Assembly (NCBI GenBank): GCA_964035545.1
Contig: OZ037765.1
Coordinates: forward strand, 8,504,698-8,568,697
Length of the DNA stretch: 64,000 bases
DNA from: Bugula neritina
Lineage: Eukaryota > Animalia > Bryozoa
Direction: 5' to 3'
The position numbers were made by a program, and so were the translations under genes. The notes below the pieces were generated by a model that worked only from the letters and a program-made list of their open reading frames with translations, was not told the origin of the DNA and ran no database searches. Below, piece after piece: positions 61,877 to 64,000 of this stretch (positions are counted from its first letter, which is position 1; the number at the start of each line of letters is the position of its first letter).

Positions 61877-61884
61877 ATAGGGGG
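61877..61884 (+). other. Short polypurine tract
   Basis: ATAGGGGG ending 4 nt before the 3' LTR. Confidence 0.6.
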
Positions 61885-61888
61885 TGTG

Positions 61889-62300
61889 TGTTGTAGATTC
61901 GCACAAATATACCCTGTCCTTGTTTATTTTAGAGTTATATTCCCTTGCGCACGTTCCTTTTTTTTTGTTATTATTATTATATGTAAGCCGAGACTCGTGC
62001 GAGGTCGGAGCCCGAAGACGCGATATCGGAGGGGCCTGCCCGAGATCGGGCAGGTCTTCCTCCGATGTCGGTCGGCGGAACTCCGACGTTCGCGCGAGTT
62101 TCGGTCCCTCATTAAGTGGCGGGAATTTCCCCCTATATAAGTACGAAGTTTTTAACAGAGCAATCAGTCTAACACTGGAGCTCACAGAGGAAACATCAAT
62201 AAAGACTATTAGAATCAATATTTTACAAAGACTTTATTTCTATCACAATAACTGGCATGCAGACTACTAGTCTATTCTTATAATCCACAAAATCACAACA
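61889..62300 (+). repeat. 3' LTR
   Basis: Same length as the 5' LTR, no difference found by eye; overlapping ORF-track translations are identical. Confidence 0.97.
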
Positions 62301-62479
62301 ATATGAATATCAAGCTCATTAACCAAATTCGATATTAATTATAATATTATATTAATATATTATATTAATATGATTTATTAAATTTAATACGTTTGAATTC
62401 TTTTAAAGACATAGAACACTTGAAAACACTCAAAGTTATAGAAGTACCTCATTATTCATCAGTTTTACAGTGTAAACTT

Positions 62480-63619
62480 AATGTTAGGTGGTGATTGTGT
62501 TGATTTTTTACTTTTTTTATATGGACCCTCTTGGGTCTCTCCGAGACACTGCTTTGATGATTGCAGCGTTTGTGGGTTCATCATTTATAAGTTCATCGTA
62601 AGCAGATGTGATCGATTTGTGTTTTTCCTCATGGGACAGAAGGCGAAGCAACAGAGCATGTCTTATTTTTGTTCTTCTCTCTGTTAGGTTTTCTAGTTCT
62701 AGCTGCTCACAAGCTGCTGTCACACTATCCCTCCCTTTGAGGGTTGATATAAATCTTATGATTCCGTGTTGCACCATCTCAATGCCATTTATTAGATAAT
62801 TTAATGTGGTATCCCAAACAGAAGCTGCATATTTAATATGCGGTTTACATAGGCTTGTGTAAGCAAGGAGACAAGCGGAAGCAGGGGTATCATGCAGTGC
62901 GCGTTTAATCATGCTCAACTGTTTTTTGGTTTTTCCAATTTTACTCTGAATGTGTTTGTTAAACTTCAAGTCCGAATAAAGAATGACGCCCAGGTAGCAA
63001 GTCTCCTGCACAATTTCTAGGTTTGTCTTGTTTAGCACATAGCTGGTATCAGAGAAGTTTATTGAACTGCCCTGAACATTTATCAGCATTGAAGGACATG
63101 CAGCACATATTTGCCCATTGTAAAGTGCTTACACATTGTTTTGAAATCTCAATTTATCTTGAGCATTGTTGACCACCTGATAAATGAAGGTGTCATCGAC
63201 AAATAGACTCATGTTGCAATCAACGGATCCGGCAAATCATTAATGTAGGCTAGGAAGAGGGTAGGGCCTAGCACTGACCCCTGACGAACCCCAAAAGTTA
63301 CAGGCAGCTCATATGAAAGTTGCCTTTTAATCCTCACTTTTTGTTTGCGGTCCATAAGGAAGTCATGAATCCATTTCACTATCTGTGTACTCACATTAGG
63401 AATGTTAAATAGTTTTTGCATTAGGGGTTTGTGTGAAACTTTGTCAAACGCCTTTCCAAAGACATGAACTACTGCATGAATATTATCACCTTTGTCTAAA
63501 TGCCTAGCAATGTCGTGATATGTGCCACATAATTGTGTCTCACATGACAGCCCCTTACGAAATCCATGCTGTCTGTTACACGAGATATTCTGCTTATTTA
63601 CGCCTTGTAATAAATGCAA
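62480..63619 (-). pseudogene. 5'-truncated, frameshifted CR1-type LINE ORF2 relic related to the element at 5451-9699
   Basis: RQHGFRKGLSCETQL, FGKAFDKVSH, GVRQGSVLGP, FVDDTF, YLGV, KQLSMIKRALH, YAASVWD, SAYDELIN split across frames. Confidence 0.9.
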
Positions 63620-63719
63620 AGCTTGCCAAAATAACCATTTCTTGTTTCAGTAAAATAAATTTGCATTTATTTTAGGCTCTAAATTTTTAATCCCAGTTAT
63701 CGTATACATAGATGAAATT

Positions 63720-64000
63720 ATGTCTTCTGACAAAAAGAACAAGCGGGAGCGGGAGCTGCAACTTGAATGTGAGACACATATAAAAGGTGGGTATTGTATG
63801 CATTCCAAATGCCATGAGTTGTATTGCTAAAGTAAACTGATTATAAAGAAGTTGTGAAATTTGTAATTGCTATTTTCTCAACTGCTAAAATTTAGCTTAT
63901 CAACTTCCTTTCATTTTAGACCTTCATTCAAAGTTGGATCAACAACTGCGAAATTTAGAGGCGAAGATGGAAGGACAATGTTCTGCTGTAACTGAAATTC
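63720..64000 (+). CDS. SLIT-ROBO Rho GAP (srGAP)-like, N-terminal F-BAR start; continues past window
   Basis: Exons 63720-63786 and 63920-64000 (GT-AG, phase 1) give MSSDKKNKRERELQLECETHIKDLHSKLDQQLRNLEAKMEGQCSAVTEI, resembling the srGAP N-terminus (KKDKEIIAEYESQVKEIRAQLVEQ..CLE). Only 49 aa visible. Confidence 0.65.

Larger units (their letters stand above)
54402..62300 (+). mobile_element. Full-length Ty3/Gypsy LTR retrotransposon with a third, non-env ORF
   Basis: 412-bp LTRs with TGTTGT..ACAACA ends, ATAT TSD (54398-54401, 62301-62304), PBS, gag, pol in PR-RT-RH-IN order, ORF3, PPT. Confidence 0.97.

Overview
AT-rich, gene-dense animal (invertebrate-like) genomic DNA with short spliceosomal introns. 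Host genes, assembled by eye from exons: FBXO30/40-like (-, runs off the left edge), GINS3 (-), AMFR/gp78 (+), DAD1 (-), ZNF507-like (+), CTR9 (+), a tetraspanin (-), EIF2D (-) and the start of an srGAP-like gene (+, runs off the right edge). Mobile DNA: an apparently intact CR1-type LINE (PHD-ORF1, APE/RT-ORF2), a decayed related LINE, an RTE fossil, a tRNA-derived SINE, three inverted-repeat elements and a very young Ty3/Gypsy LTR element (54402-62300; 412-bp LTRs with no difference seen, ATAT TSD, tRNA-Leu PBS). The Gypsy element is the main find. In the position usually occupied by env it has a third ORF encoding a nuclear-looking protein (two C2H2-type zinc fingers, LxVxL, SUMO consensus, NLS, coiled coil). 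This ORF is in frame with pol behind a single TAG and is preceded by a candidate internal promoter that shares motifs with a host promoter in this window. The LTR U3 carries a 119-nt G-U-containing hairpin and kB/E2F-like sites. Also notable: a 30-bp minisatellite that repeats an EIF2D splice donor 15 times, and degenerate hexamer tracts that sit at the 5' ends of the host genes. All family assignments come from motif recognition and memory; no searches were run.
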